Assembly (NCBI GenBank): GCA_012720075.1
Contig: JAAXZE010000030.1
Location: forward strand, 24,734-88,733
Length of the DNA stretch: 64,000 nt
Source: Clostridia bacterium
GTDB taxonomy: Bacteria; Bacillota; Peptococcia; Peptococcales; BICA1-8
Direction: 5' to 3'
This document shows, piece after piece, positions 39,820 through 48,841 of the stretch. Made by a program: the position numbers and the translations under genes. Every line of letters begins with the position of its first letter. Position 1 is the first letter of the stretch. The notes under the pieces were generated by a model. The model was not told the origin of the DNA, did no database searches, and saw nothing but the letters and a program-made list of their open reading frames with translations.

Positions 39820-40692
39820 ATGACAGATTTGATGAAAAACCAAAATAAGCCGCAAACTGTTCAGCAATGGTTACAGTGGGCGGCTATTTTTTTAGGAACG
39901 GAAAAAAGAATAGAAGCAGAGCTGTTATTAGCTAAGGCCACAGGTTTTTCCCGGGCTAAATTACTGGCTTATCCCGAATTAAAATTAGCTGACAATGAGG
40001 CAGCACGGTTCAGGAAGCTTATTGAACTCAGGAAAAATGACGAGCCTTTGCAGTATCTGCTAGGGCAGACCAGCTTTATGGGGTTGGATTTTATAGTTAA
40101 TAAACATGTTTTAATACCCCGCTCCGATACCGAAGTTCTGGTAGAGCACACTCTAAACTTAGCGGCAGAGACGGAAGGCCCATTATCTATTCTGGATTTA
40201 TGCACCGGAAGCGGTGCCATAGCCATAAGTCTTGCCAAATATCTTCCTCAGGCTTTAGTAACCGCCGTGGATATTTCACCGGCAGCTTTGGAGGTAGCCA
40301 AAAGCAATGCCCGACTGAATGGCGTTGCGGATCGAGTTCAATTTCTCCAGGGTGATTTATTTGCTCCCGTAGTGGAGAATAGTTTTAATATAATAACCGC
40401 TAACCCTCCTTATATTTCCTCGGCTGAAATGGCAGACCTTCCCGGTGATGTAAAAAAAGAGCCTGCTCTTGCCCTTTGGGGCGGAACGGATGGATTGGAT
40501 TTTTATCGTAGAATAACCGGCGAAGGCAAAAAGTTTTTGGCAAATCACGGATGGTTAATCATGGAAATCGGCTGGAAACAAGGGCGGAAAGTTAAAGAGA
40601 TGCTTATTAACAACGGGTTTACCCATTGCCAGGTTATCCGGGATTGGGCCGGGCATGACCGGGTTGTTTCCGGCAAAATACATCATTTTTGA
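39820..40692 (+). CDS. prmC: release factor glutamine N5-methyltransferase
   Basis: ILDLCTGSG SAM motif and ITANPPY catalytic motif. Start may instead be 39832. Confidence 0.9.
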   Translation: MTDLMKNQNKPQTVQQWLQWAAIFLGTEKRIEAELLLAKATGFSRAKLLAYPELKLADNEAARFRKLIELRKNDEPLQYLLGQTSFMGLDFIVNKHVLIPRSDTEVLVEHTLNLAAETEGPLSILDLCTGSGAIAISLAKYLPQALVTAVDISPAALEVAKSNARLNGVADRVQFLQGDLFAPVVENSFNIITANPPYISSAEMADLPGDVKKEPALALWGGTDGLDFYRRITGEGKKFLANHGWLIMEIGWKQGRKVKEMLINNGFTHCQVIRDWAGHDRVVSGKIHHF

Positions 40693-40710
40693 TAAAAACC
40701 CCTGTTAACC

Positions 40711-40739
40711 TTGTTTATCTTTCAACTAATTCGTATAAT
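40711..40739 (+). promoter_or_regulatory. sigma-A-type promoter for the GntR/TrkA-C gene
   Basis: TTGTTT, 17 nt, TATAAT. About 125-nt leader. Confidence 0.6.
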
Positions 40740-40871
40740 ATAGAAAGACTAACTCACATGTCCAGGGAATAAGCTTCTGTTTGCCCAAGTAGGCTCATTC
40801 CTGATAGATTACCGCTGGGGCTTGTTCGCGGATAAAGTGGAGTTAATTTCTTTGAATTTGAGGAGGAAATT

Positions 40872-41507
40872 ATGAGCCAGTATAAGGATTTAACCGAAGT
40901 CGCACGGTACGAACAAATTGCGGTAGATTTGGCTTCCAAGATTGCCCATAATGAATATAAGCAAGGAACCAAATTATATGGCCGTTCCACTTTGGCGGGG
41001 CAATATAATGTATCCCCGGAGACTATCCGGCGGGCGGTAGCTTTATTGCAAAGCATGAATATTGTTGAGGTAGTAGCGGGAAGAGGAATAATCGTTTTGG
41101 ATGCTGAAGCAGCCAAACAGTATATAGAAAACTTTAACCAGAGGAGGGTATTGGCCCAGGCCCAACAGGAATTTACCGAGTTATTGGAAAAGCGGCGGGA
41201 GTTGGATATTGCCATCGAAAACCAGATTAAAAAGATTATGACCTTTAGCTCCCGGCTGATTAATATTTTGCCCAAAGTGGATGAGGTTCAAATAACGAAG
41301 GGTTCTCCGCTCATTAATAAAAGTTTAAAAGAGGTAAATTTCCGTTTCCATACCGATGCCACCGTGCTGGCTGTTGAAAGAAGCGGCGAAGAGTATCTTT
41401 CCCCCAATTCCGATATGATTATCCGAGAAGGGGATATTCTGGTTTATATTGGCCCAGAAGGTTCAAAAGAAAAGGTCGATGCTTTTGTTACAGGAAAACT
41501 CACTTAG
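40872..41507 (+). CDS. GntR-family wHTH regulator fused to a TrkA-C domain
   Basis: N-terminal GntR HTH (LYGRSTLAGQYNVSPETIRRAV), a coiled linker, and a C-terminal TrkA-C-like segment (GSPLINKSLKEVNFR..GDILVYIG). Confidence 0.7.
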   Translation: MSQYKDLTEVARYEQIAVDLASKIAHNEYKQGTKLYGRSTLAGQYNVSPETIRRAVALLQSMNIVEVVAGRGIIVLDAEAAKQYIENFNQRRVLAQAQQEFTELLEKRRELDIAIENQIKKIMTFSSRLINILPKVDEVQITKGSPLINKSLKEVNFRFHTDATVLAVERSGEEYLSPNSDMIIREGDILVYIGPEGSKEKVDAFVTGKLT

Positions 41508-41585
41508 TTTTTTAATAGATTTTTGACTTATTGGCCATGTTTTTGAATGAACAAAAACTAATGGCCTATAGGTCTGTTTTTCTCT

Positions 41586-41616
41586 AAAAAAAATCGCTCC
41601 GGGGCGATTTTTTTTA
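41586..41616 (+). terminator. intrinsic (bidirectional-looking) terminator after the GntR/TrkA-C gene
   Basis: A-run, stem AAATCGC/GCGATTT, then TTTTTT. Confidence 0.8.
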
Positions 41617-41623
41617 TTTAAAG

Positions 41624-41632
41624 TGATATAAT
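41624..41632 (+). promoter_or_regulatory. extended -10 element (TGaTATAAT) upstream of tsaC
   Basis: TGATATAAT directly after the terminator. No good -35. Confidence 0.45.
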
Positions 41633-41659
41633 ATTTAAGATTAATTAAAGAAAATTCAG

Positions 41660-42721
41660 TTGGTGATGGACCAAATGGAAACGAAAATCTGGAAGATCCG
41701 GGGTGAGGGAACCGATTTGGCTAAACTCAGTGAGGCCGCAGAACTTTTAAAAGCGGGGGAAGTGATAGCATTTCCTACCGAAACGGTTTATGGCTTGGGA
41801 GCTAATGCCCTGGATGAAAAGGCTGTGGAGAAGATTTTTCTGGCTAAAGGCAGGCCCGGTGATAATCCCCTTATCGTACATATTTGTTCCGTTGATAACG
41901 TCCGGCAATTAGCCAGTGATATTCCTGAGAAAGCTATAAAAATAATGGAGGTTTTTTGGCCCGGACCTTTAACCCTGGTTCTGCCAAAAGCCGAGATAAT
42001 TCCAGATATTGTAACGGCGGGCTTAGATACGGTGGGTATTCGTTTTCCCTCTCACCCGGTGGCTATAAAATTGATAGAATTGGCCAAGTGCCCGATAGCG
42101 GCTCCCAGTGCTAATCTGTCAGGCAAGCCCAGTCCCACTACGGCCGAGCATGTCTGGCAGGACTTAAACGGAAAGATTGCCGGCATTGTTGATGGAGGCA
42201 AAGCCAATGTCGGTGTGGAGTCAACGGTTTTAGACGTAACGGGCTCAGTGCCTGTTATTTTAAGACCCGGTGGAATAACCAGAGAGCAGTTAGAGAGTGT
42301 CATCGGGGAAGTAAAACTGGATGCAGTCCTCCATGATTTAGATGCCGTGCCAAGGGCACCGGGAATGAAATATACCCATTATTCCCCGGAAGCCGATGTT
42401 TATATACTTAAAGGCTCAACCCGGGAAAAGGTTGATAAAATAATGAACATATTGGAGAGCTCAAAAGGGAAGGGTATCGGCATCATGGCTTCTCAGGAAT
42501 TAATTGGAGCATTGCCCAAAGATTTGCCTGAGAATGTTTTGACCAAGGTTTTAGGCAGTGAGCATGATTTGGAAACTATAACCGCTAATCTTTTTGATAC
42601 TTTGCGCTGGTTTGACCAAAAAAAGGTTGAAGTAATTTATGGGGAAAGTTTTCCCGATAATAATATCGGCGCGGCTTTGATGAATCGACTCATCAAAGCG
42701 GCAGGGGGAAAAACTATTTAA
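41660..42721 (+). CDS. tsaC: L-threonylcarbamoyladenylate synthase (Sua5/YwlC type, with Sua5 C-domain)
   Basis: PTETVYGLGANA and SANLSGKPSPT motifs. Start is ambiguous: TTG 41660, ATG 41666 or ATG 41675. Confidence 0.85.
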   Translation: MVMDQMETKIWKIRGEGTDLAKLSEAAELLKAGEVIAFPTETVYGLGANALDEKAVEKIFLAKGRPGDNPLIVHICSVDNVRQLASDIPEKAIKIMEVFWPGPLTLVLPKAEIIPDIVTAGLDTVGIRFPSHPVAIKLIELAKCPIAAPSANLSGKPSPTTAEHVWQDLNGKIAGIVDGGKANVGVESTVLDVTGSVPVILRPGGITREQLESVIGEVKLDAVLHDLDAVPRAPGMKYTHYSPEADVYILKGSTREKVDKIMNILESSKGKGIGIMASQELIGALPKDLPENVLTKVLGSEHDLETITANLFDTLRWFDQKKVEVIYGESFPDNNIGAALMNRLIKAAGGKTI

Positions 42722-42724
42722 GAA

Positions 42725-42956
42725 AAGTGACATTGTGTCATCGTGCCATCGTGACATCGATTTTCAGTTGGAAAAGTGGGATGTTGGAAGAGTTGGAAAA
42801 GAAGATTAAAGGTTACGTCAACTTCGTTGACTAGTTTTTGCTTCGCTAGGTTGAGGTTGACTAATTGTATTAGGGCAGCGAACAAAAAGCCAGTCACAGG
42901 GCACAAGACCAAAAACATAGCCCAAAAGTACAAACAAGCTCGGTCACCAGTCACAG
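42725..42956 (+). repeat. Composite E-F-C-I-H upstream of mntP
   Basis: AAGTGACATTGTGTCATCGTGCCATCGTGACATCG; ATTTTCAGTTGGAAAAGTGGGATGTTGGAAGAGTTGGAAAAG; AAAGGTTACGTCAACTTCGTTGACTAGTTTTTGCTTCGCTAGGTTGAGG; CAGTCACAGGGCACAAGACCAAAAACATAGCCCAAAAG; GGTCACCAGTCACAG. Confidence 0.85.
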
Positions 42957-42972
42957 ATTTTAGGGGGTCATT

Positions 42973-43533
42973 ATGAATCTTATTACGATTATTGCCATAG
43001 CTTTTGCTTTAGGAATAGATGCCTTTTCTCTTTCCATCGGGATAGGCTTATGTGGGATAAAAAGAGGGCAAATATACCTTGTTTCCGGAGTTGTGGCTAT
43101 TTTCCATGTAATAATGCCATTGACGGGATTATTCCTGGGGCAGATTTTAGGGAAAATTATCGGGCCCATTGCCAGTAGTTTTGGAGCAATAGTTCTGATT
43201 TTTATCGGAGCCCACACCATCTGGAAGAAGATTAAAGAAAGCAGGGATCCTTCCTGTGGTTCCGGTTTTGATTGTATTTCAATTAGTCATCCCCTTAGTC
43301 TTATTTTGATGGCTATAAGTGTATCTTTGGATGCCTTAACCGTTGGTTTGGGTTTAGGGGCTTTAAACTTTGATTTAACTCTGACTGTTATAATAATGGG
43401 TATTGTAGCCGGTTTAATGACTTTCGGCGGTCTGGTCTTTGGCAAAAGGCTTAGCTGTACCGTAGGAGAGAAAGCCGAGATGCTAAGCGGATTAATTTTA
43501 ATTGCCATAGGTATAAAGCTTCTCTTTATGTAA
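42973..43533 (+). CDS. mntP: manganese efflux pump MntP
   Basis: 186 aa. Duplicated DAFS / DALTVG half-motifs typical of MntP. Confidence 0.8.
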   Translation: MNLITIIAIAFALGIDAFSLSIGIGLCGIKRGQIYLVSGVVAIFHVIMPLTGLFLGQILGKIIGPIASSFGAIVLIFIGAHTIWKKIKESRDPSCGSGFDCISISHPLSLILMAISVSLDALTVGLGLGALNFDLTLTVIIMGIVAGLMTFGGLVFGKRLSCTVGEKAEMLSGLILIAIGIKLLFM

Positions 43534-43583
43534 ATTTATCAATTACAATGACCGGATTACAGGGTTACCCCGGGAACGGATCC

Positions 43584-43630
43584 AGCACACTCAAAAACTT
43601 AAACACTAGCACACTTTTACACTTCATAAC
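43584..43630 (+). repeat. Family B array abutting the ywlE RBS
   Basis: AGCACACTCAAAAACTTAAACACTAGCACACTTTTACACTTCATAAC, then AAGGAGG. Confidence 0.75.
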
Positions 43631-43642
43631 AAGGAGGTATAT

Positions 43643-44131
43643 ATGGCTACGAAAATCCTTTTCGTCTGTACGGGAAATACTTGCAGAAGCAGTATGGCTG
43701 AAGCAATCGCTTTTAAATTAATTGCCGAAAACAGAGAAAAGTTTAAAGACCTTTTTGTGACTTCGGCAGGAACTTTTGCCTGGGAAGGCAGTTCAGCATC
43801 TGCTAATGCCATAAAAGTAGCCCAAGAAAAAGGAACGAGCCTGGAAAATTTCAGGTCTAAGCCTGTTACTCCTGAATTAGTAAAAGAGGCTGATATAATT
43901 TTTACCATGGGTAATTCCCACAAACAGCAAATCTTGGCAATGGTCCCTGAAGCAAAAGATAAGGTTTTCCTTTTGAAGGAATATATAAATGAAAAGGGAA
44001 ATTTAGAGATCAGCGACCCCTTTGGGCAACCTCTGGAAGGTTACCGTGCGTGTTATCATGAATTATATGAGGCTATTGAAAAAGCCTTCAACAAAATTGT
44101 GGGGGACGGGTCCCAAAACGATGTAAAATAA
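43643..44131 (+). CDS. ywlE: low-molecular-weight protein phosphatase (YwlE-type arginine/tyrosine phosphatase)
   Basis: ILFVCTGNTCRS P-loop and DPFG motif. Bacillus ywlE position. Confidence 0.8.
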   Translation: MATKILFVCTGNTCRSSMAEAIAFKLIAENREKFKDLFVTSAGTFAWEGSSASANAIKVAQEKGTSLENFRSKPVTPELVKEADIIFTMGNSHKQQILAMVPEAKDKVFLLKEYINEKGNLEISDPFGQPLEGYRACYHELYEAIEKAFNKIVGDGSQNDVK

Positions 44132-44261
44132 GCAGTTTCCCAAGCACCCAGGGGCTTTGTAATTACTGAGAAATGCTTGATATCAAGACGTCTTAAGACG
44201 TCATTAATATATAAAGAATTTTATTACCAGTCGTTGGTAACTTTTTAGAGGGGGTGATTTA

Positions 44262-44702
44262 ATGCGTATAGCACTAGGTTCTGATCATGGAGGGTTTCTT
44301 TTAAAAGAAGAAATCAAAAAATATTTGGAGAAAAAAGGAATAGAGTACAAGGATTTTGGCACCAACAGCACCGATTCCTGCGATTATCCTGATATAGCCC
44401 TTCCGGCAGCTCAAGCCGTAGCTTCCGGTCAGTTCGATCGAGGGATTTTAATCTGCGGGACCGGTATCGGGATCGGTATAGCCGCCAATAAGGTTCCTGG
44501 GATTAGAGCCGCTTTATGCCATGATACTTTTTCCGCCCGGGCCAGCAGAGAACATAATAATGCCAATATTTTAACTATGGGGGAAAGAGTTATCGGCAGG
44601 GGACTGGCCCTTGATATTGTAGACGTCTGGCTTAATACTGAATTCGCCGGGGGCCGCCACCAAAGAAGGGTGGAAAAGATTCATCAGATTGAAAATAAAT
44701 AA
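44262..44702 (+). CDS. rpiB: ribose-5-phosphate isomerase B
   Basis: GSDHGG, LICGTGIG and HNNANIL motifs. Confidence 0.9.
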   Translation: MRIALGSDHGGFLLKEEIKKYLEKKGIEYKDFGTNSTDSCDYPDIALPAAQAVASGQFDRGILICGTGIGIGIAANKVPGIRAALCHDTFSARASREHNNANILTMGERVIGRGLALDIVDVWLNTEFAGGRHQRRVEKIHQIENK

Positions 44703-44721
44703 GCCAAGGCTTATTTATTTT
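44692..44721 (+). terminator. hairpin overlapping the rpiB stop, possible terminator
   Basis: Perfect 14-bp AT-rich palindrome AAAATAAATAAGCC-AA-GGCTTATTTATTTT. Confidence 0.5.
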
Positions 44722-44722
44722 C

Positions 44723-44828
44723 AAAGGTTAAGGTTCCGCTCACTTCGTTTCGCTAGGTTAAGGTAAAAGGTAAACATAATTTTTGGTTACTGAATATTGG
44801 GCACGGTCCCGAAAAATGCCGTCAAAGG
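44723..44828 (+). repeat. Family C block plus a degenerate family I unit
   Basis: AAAGGTTAAGGTTCCGCTCACTTCGTTTCGCTAGGTTAAGGTAAAAGGTAAAC, then GGTTACTGAATATTGGGCACGGTCCCGAAAAATGCCGTCAAAGG. Confidence 0.7.
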
Positions 44829-44845
44829 ATATATGGGGTGAGAAT

Positions 44846-45394
44846 ATGTTTAGCCTTGAGCATATAAAATCTGACACCCAAAAGGCTGTAAAAGAATTAT
44901 TAAAGGTAGCAAATCTTAAGGCCGGCCAGGTCCTGGTAGTGGGGTGCAGTACCAGTGAAATAGCCGGTCAAAAAATAGGTTCGGCCGGCAGTATCGAAAT
45001 CGCTGAAGCGGTTTTTTCCGGTTTGCTGACTTATCTTTGTGAACAAGGCATTTATTTGGCTGTTCAGTGCTGTGAGCACTTAAACAGGGCCTTGGTTGTA
45101 GAACAAGAGGCCCAGGAAAAGTATGGCTGGGAAGAGGTAACCGTTGTACCCCATCAAAAAGCAGGTGGATCCCTGGCAACAGTTGCGTATAGAAAATTTG
45201 AAAAGCCTGTTGTGGTAGAAGAAATAAAAGCTCATGCAGGTATAGATATCGGAGATACTTTTATTGGTATGCATTTAAGGAAAGTAGCGGTACCGGTTCG
45301 CTCTGAGATAAAATCCATTGGCCATGCCCATTTGACCATGGCTCGAACTCGTCCTAAGTTAATCGGCGGTGAGAGAGCAAAATATTGTTTGTAG
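44846..45394 (+). CDS. ywlG: TIGR01440/YwlG-family protein
   Basis: VVGCSTSEI and QCCEHLNRAL motifs. Bacillus ywlG position. ATG 44846 follows GGGGTGAG. Confidence 0.7.
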   Translation: MFSLEHIKSDTQKAVKELLKVANLKAGQVLVVGCSTSEIAGQKIGSAGSIEIAEAVFSGLLTYLCEQGIYLAVQCCEHLNRALVVEQEAQEKYGWEEVTVVPHQKAGGSLATVAYRKFEKPVVVEEIKAHAGIDIGDTFIGMHLRKVAVPVRSEIKSIGHAHLTMARTRPKLIGGERAKYCL

Positions 45395-45412
45395 CTTTTT
45401 GGTCATCATTGA

Positions 45413-45769
45413 GCGACAGACAACTGCTTCTTGGTTAATTTGTCCCGTCAGACAATTGCTCTTAGGTTTTCATTTTGCGACAGACAATGGCGCTAGGTTA
45501 ACATATTCCGTTAGACAATTTCTACTAGGTTTTAATTTATTCCGTCAGACCATTGCTTAAGGGTTGATTTTTCCGTCTGACAATCTGGTATTTGGTTTGA
45601 AATATGATAACTGTAGAAATATCTGACGGAATAAACAGTCCAAATATTATATCAGACGCAAAAATATGGCAATATAGAAAATCTGACGGAATAGTAAGAC
45701 GTAAGGGTATGTCTGACCTAATAGCAAAGTTTAAAAGCAAAGTCAGACGTAAAAGCTTAACCCAATGAG
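45413..45769. repeat. Family K inverted array: about 5 left-arm units (CGTCAGACAAttgc...) and about 5 right-arm units (cTGACGgaa/caaaa...), period about 30-33 bp
   Basis: Left unit starts near 45413, 45446, 45478, 45509 and 45543. Turn at 45574-45622. Right unit starts near 45623, 45653, 45683, 45713 and 45742. The last unit, GTCAGACGTAAAAGCTTAACCCAATGAG, runs into the glyA RBS. Confidence 0.85.
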
Positions 45770-45790
45770 TAAAAAAAGGAGGATACCATT

Positions 45791-47029
45791 TTGGACTACA
45801 TAAAAGAATTTGTATTGCCTACAGATCCTGAATTAGCTGAAGCGATTTTTAAGGAGGAGGAGAGGCAGCATAACAAAATTGAATTGATTGCGTCCGAGAA
45901 TTTTGTCAGCAAAGCGGTCATGGCCGCCCAAGGTTCGGTAATGACCAATAAATATGCCGAAGGATATCCCGGCAAAAGATACTATGGCGGTTGCGAGTTT
46001 GTTGATATAGCTGAAAACCTGGCCAGAGAGAGGGCCAAAAAGCTTTTCGGAGCGGAACATGTTAATGTGCAGCCCCATTCGGGGGCCCAGGCCAATACTG
46101 CCGTATATTTTGCCATTCTTAAACCTGGTGATACGGTATTAGGAATGAATTTGAGCCATGGCGGTCACCTGACCCATGGAAGTCCTGTCAACCTTTCGGG
46201 TATGTATTTTAATTTTGTGGCCTATGGCGTTGATAAAGAAACGGAAACCATTGATTATGATCAGGTAATGGCTATTGCCAAAGAAGCAAAACCAAAACTC
46301 ATTGTTGCCGGGGCCAGCGCTTACCCCCGGGTAATCGATTTTGCCAAGTTCAGAGAAATTGCTGATGCCGTTGGAGCTTATTTAATGGTGGATATGGCCC
46401 ATATCGCGGGATTGGTTGCGGCGGGACTTCATCCCAGTCCCATTCCCTATGCCCATTTTGTGACTACTACAACCCACAAAACCTTAAGGGGTCCCCGGGG
46501 CGGCATAATCCTTTGCAAAGAAGAGTTTGCCAAGGATATTGATAAGGCCATCTTCCCGGGAATTCAAGGGGGACCGCTGATGCATGTCATTGCCGCCAAA
46601 GCGGTAGCCTTCCATGAGGCATTGCAACCGGAATTTAAAAAATACCAGCAACGGATATTGGAAAATGCGCAGGCTTTGGCTCAAAATCTTCAGGAAAAAG
46701 GTTTCCGGCTGGTTTCCGGTGGTACCGACAACCATCTTATGCTGGTAGATTTAAGACCTAAGGGGCTAACCGGCAAAGAAGCCGAAAAATTATTGGATGA
46801 AGCCGGAATCACCGTAAATAAAAATACAATTCCTTTTGACACGGAAAGTCCCTTTGTGACCAGCGGCATCCGCATTGGTACACCGGCGGTAACAACGCGG
46901 GGTATGGGAACTGCCGAGATGGCTGAAATAGCTAATCTAATCAACACCGTTCTTGTTGAGAAAAAAATTGATGAAGCCAAAGCAGGTGTCAAGGCCCTGA
47001 CCCAGAAATTCCCACTGTTTCAATACTAG
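45791..47029 (+). CDS. glyA: serine hydroxymethyltransferase
   Basis: ELIASENF and [14 protein letters not shown] (PLP-lysine) motifs. TTG start after AAGGAGG. Confidence 0.95.
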   Translation: MDYIKEFVLPTDPELAEAIFKEEERQHNKIELIASENFVSKAVMAAQGSVMTNKYAEGYPGKRYYGGCEFVDIAENLARERAKKLFGAEHVNVQPHSGAQANTAVYFAILKPGDTVLGMNLSHGGHLTHGSPVNLSGMYFNFVAYGVDKETETIDYDQVMAIAKEAKPKLIVAGASAYPRVIDFAKFREIADAVGAYLMVDMAHIAGLVAAGLHPSPIPYAHFVTTTTHKTLRGPRGGIILCKEEFAKDIDKAIFPGIQGGPLMHVIAAKAVAFHEALQPEFKKYQQRILENAQALAQNLQEKGFRLVSGGTDNHLMLVDLRPKGLTGKEAEKLLDEAGITVNKNTIPFDTESPFVTSGIRIGTPAVTTRGMGTAEMAEIANLINTVLVEKKIDEAKAGVKALTQKFPLFQY

Positions 47030-47032
47030 CTA

Positions 47033-47067
47033 TAGTGATATTGTGTCACCGCAACACCGTGACATAG
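47033..47067 (+). repeat. Family E block
   Basis: TAGTGATATTGTGTCACCGCAACACCGTGACATAG, i.e. TGTCAC N9 GTGACA. Confidence 0.7.
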
Positions 47068-47076
47068 AAAGGTAGC

Positions 47077-47250
47077 ATTAACGGATGCATCCGATGAAAG
47101 TAAGCCTTTGAGGATGCATCTGCTTACAAGGAAGATGCATGATGCATCCGATGAATGCCAATTTAAATTGATGCATCCTTTAAGCTATACTCAGATGCAG
47201 ATGCGTCAGGGATGATTTTCATGCATGAGATACAACCCAATAAGTCACCT
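47077..47250 (+). repeat. Family A element, full copy with short internal deletion
   Basis: CGGATGCATCCGATGAAAGTAAGCCTTTGAGGATGCATCTGC...ATGCATGATGCATCCGATGAATGCCAATTTAAATTGATGCATCC...CAGATGCAGATGCGTCAGGGATG...CATGCATGAGATACAACCCAATAAGTCACC. Confidence 0.85.
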
Positions 47251-47254
47251 AAAT

Positions 47255-47276
47255 CCAGTCACACTTAAACACTTTT
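47255..47276 (+). repeat. Family B, short, upstream of upp
   Basis: CCAGTCACACTTAAACACTTTT. Confidence 0.6.
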
Positions 47277-47303
47277 TTCAGTTACCAAGAAGGAGGTAAA
47301 ATT

Positions 47304-47933
47304 ATGTCCCAAGTATTTGTATTAGATCACCCTATGATTCAACATAAACTTACCTATATTCGTTCAGAAGAAACCGGTCCCAAGGAATTCCGTGAATTGG
47401 TTGAAGAAGTAGCTATGTTGATGGCTTATGAAGTAACGCGGGATTTGCCTCTGGAGGATGTTGTTGTAAAGACTCCCGTTGGTGAAGCAAAATGCAAAGT
47501 AATATCGGGCAGGAAGGTGGCTTTTGTACCTATTTTACGGGCAGGTTTAGGTATGGTCGGCGGTATGCTGAAACTTATTCCTGCCGCAAAAGTCGGTCAT
47601 ATAGGGTTATACCGGGATCCGGAAACCTTGGAGCCTGTTGAATATTACTGCAAATTGCCAACCGATTTAACAGAACGGGAATTAATCGTTATTGATCCTA
47701 TGCTGGCCACAGGAGGCTCAGCTGCAGCGGCAATCAGGTTCCTTAAAGAACGGGGTGTCAAAAATATTAAGCTTACATGTTTGATTGCCGCTCCGGAGGG
47801 AATCAAAAGAGTGCAGGACGAGCATCCCGATGTCAATATCTATGTAGCAGCCGTTGATGAGAAGCTTAATGATCATGGTTACATAGTACCGGGCTTGGGT
47901 GATGCAGGGGATAGGCTTTTCGGAACCAAATAG
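47304..47933 (+). CDS. upp: uracil phosphoribosyltransferase
   Basis: [17 protein letters not shown] and DPMLATGGS motifs. Confidence 0.95.
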   Translation: MSQVFVLDHPMIQHKLTYIRSEETGPKEFRELVEEVAMLMAYEVTRDLPLEDVVVKTPVGEAKCKVISGRKVAFVPILRAGLGMVGGMLKLIPAAKVGHIGLYRDPETLEPVEYYCKLPTDLTERELIVIDPMLATGGSAAAAIRFLKERGVKNIKLTCLIAAPEGIKRVQDEHPDVNIYVAAVDEKLNDHGYIVPGLGDAGDRLFGTK

Positions 47934-47935
47934 CT

Positions 47936-48173
47936 CACGGGTTAATTTTTTGGTCAGCATGACGGCTTAAGGGATATTTATTTGGGTCAGCATGACGGCT
48001 TACCGGTTAAAATGCACGTCAGCGATTAAGTTTTTTATATTAATACTGAAGCTATTCCTTTAAATATCGGGCTGACGGAAAATATAAACCACAGAGACGT
48101 CATGCTGACATTCTGAATAGCTTAGGAGACGTCAGGCGGACCCAAAATGTTAGCCCAGAAGTAAAAACGGGGG
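47936..48173. repeat. Family J inverted array between upp and comEB
   Basis: Left arm: GGTCAGCATGACGGCTTAAGGG (47952) and GGGTCAGCATGACGGCTTACCGG (47984). Right arm: CTGACGGAAAATATAAACC, GACGTCATGCTGAC (48096) and GACGTCAGGCGGACCCAAAATGTTAGCCCAGAAG, which runs into the RBS. Confidence 0.85.
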
Positions 48174-48180
48174 TGCTTTT

Positions 48181-48624
48181 ATGCGTCCTGATTGGGATGA
48201 ATATTTTTTAGAGATAACGCAGGTGGTGGCCAAAAGGTCCACTTGTCTGAGGAGACAGGTGGGAGCGCTGATTGTCAAGGATAAGCATATCCTGTCTTCC
48301 GGCTATAACGGCGCCCCTTCAGGTCTCTTGCACTGCTCGGAGACAGGTTGCACTCGTGAACAAATGCACATTCCTAGAGGAGAGCGGCATGAGCTTTGCC
48401 GGGGTATCCACGCCGAACAAAACGCCATTATTCAGGCTGCAGTCCATGGCGTCAGCATAAAGGGGGCTACCCTGTATACGACAACCTTTCCCTGTGTATT
48501 GTGCGCCAAAATGCTAATCAATGCGGGAATAGTAAAAATAGTATATCAGACTGGCTATCCGGATAAGCTTTCTTTAGATATTCTAAAAGAAGCAAAAATT
48601 GCGATACAAGAATGGGGCAAATAA
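48181..48624 (+). CDS. comEB: dCMP deaminase (ComEB type)
   Basis: HAEQNA and PCVLCAKM zinc motifs. 147 aa. Confidence 0.85.
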   Translation: MRPDWDEYFLEITQVVAKRSTCLRRQVGALIVKDKHILSSGYNGAPSGLLHCSETGCTREQMHIPRGERHELCRGIHAEQNAIIQAAVHGVSIKGATLYTTTFPCVLCAKMLINAGIVKIVYQTGYPDKLSLDILKEAKIAIQEWGK

Positions 48625-48638
48625 GGGTGATGTTAAAA

Positions 48639-48825
48639 TTGTAGTCCTACAGTGCTACAGTTCTACCGTTCTACAGTAAAAAAGGTTGAGGTTTCGCTAC
48701 GCTAGATTAAGGTTGAGAATTCACACTAACACACTAACACACTTAATTATTACTGGGTACTGGTCACTGGACACTGGGCACAAGACCAAAAAAGTTAACA
48801 CATAAGTCCGGCCACCGGTCACTAA
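48639..48825 (+). repeat. Composite D-C-B-I-H upstream of the MazG-like gene
   Basis: TTGTAGTCCTACAGTGCTACAGTTCTACCGTTCTACAG; AAGGTTGAGGTTTCGCTACGCTAGATTAAGGTTGAG; TCACACTAACACACTAACACACTTAA; TACTGGGTACTGGTCACTGGACACTGGGCACAAGACCAAAAAAGTTAACACATAAG; CCGGTCACTAA. Confidence 0.85.
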
Positions 48826-48841
48826 AAAGGGGTGAATACCA

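Noticed and set aside
42722-42972. Expected yybP-ykoY (Mn) riboswitch upstream of mntP.
   Set aside because: The sequence is an E-F-C-I-H repeat composite. I could not recognise the riboswitch four-way junction motifs by eye. A covariance-model scan would be needed to be sure.
45413-45769. The family K and J arrays (also 58502-58848, 29608-29960, 47936-48173) looked superficially like CRISPR arrays because of their roughly 32-bp period.
   Set aside because: The conserved core is only 8-14 bp. The inter-core segments are homologous to one another rather than unique spacers. The arrays reverse orientation midway. No cas genes or leader are present.
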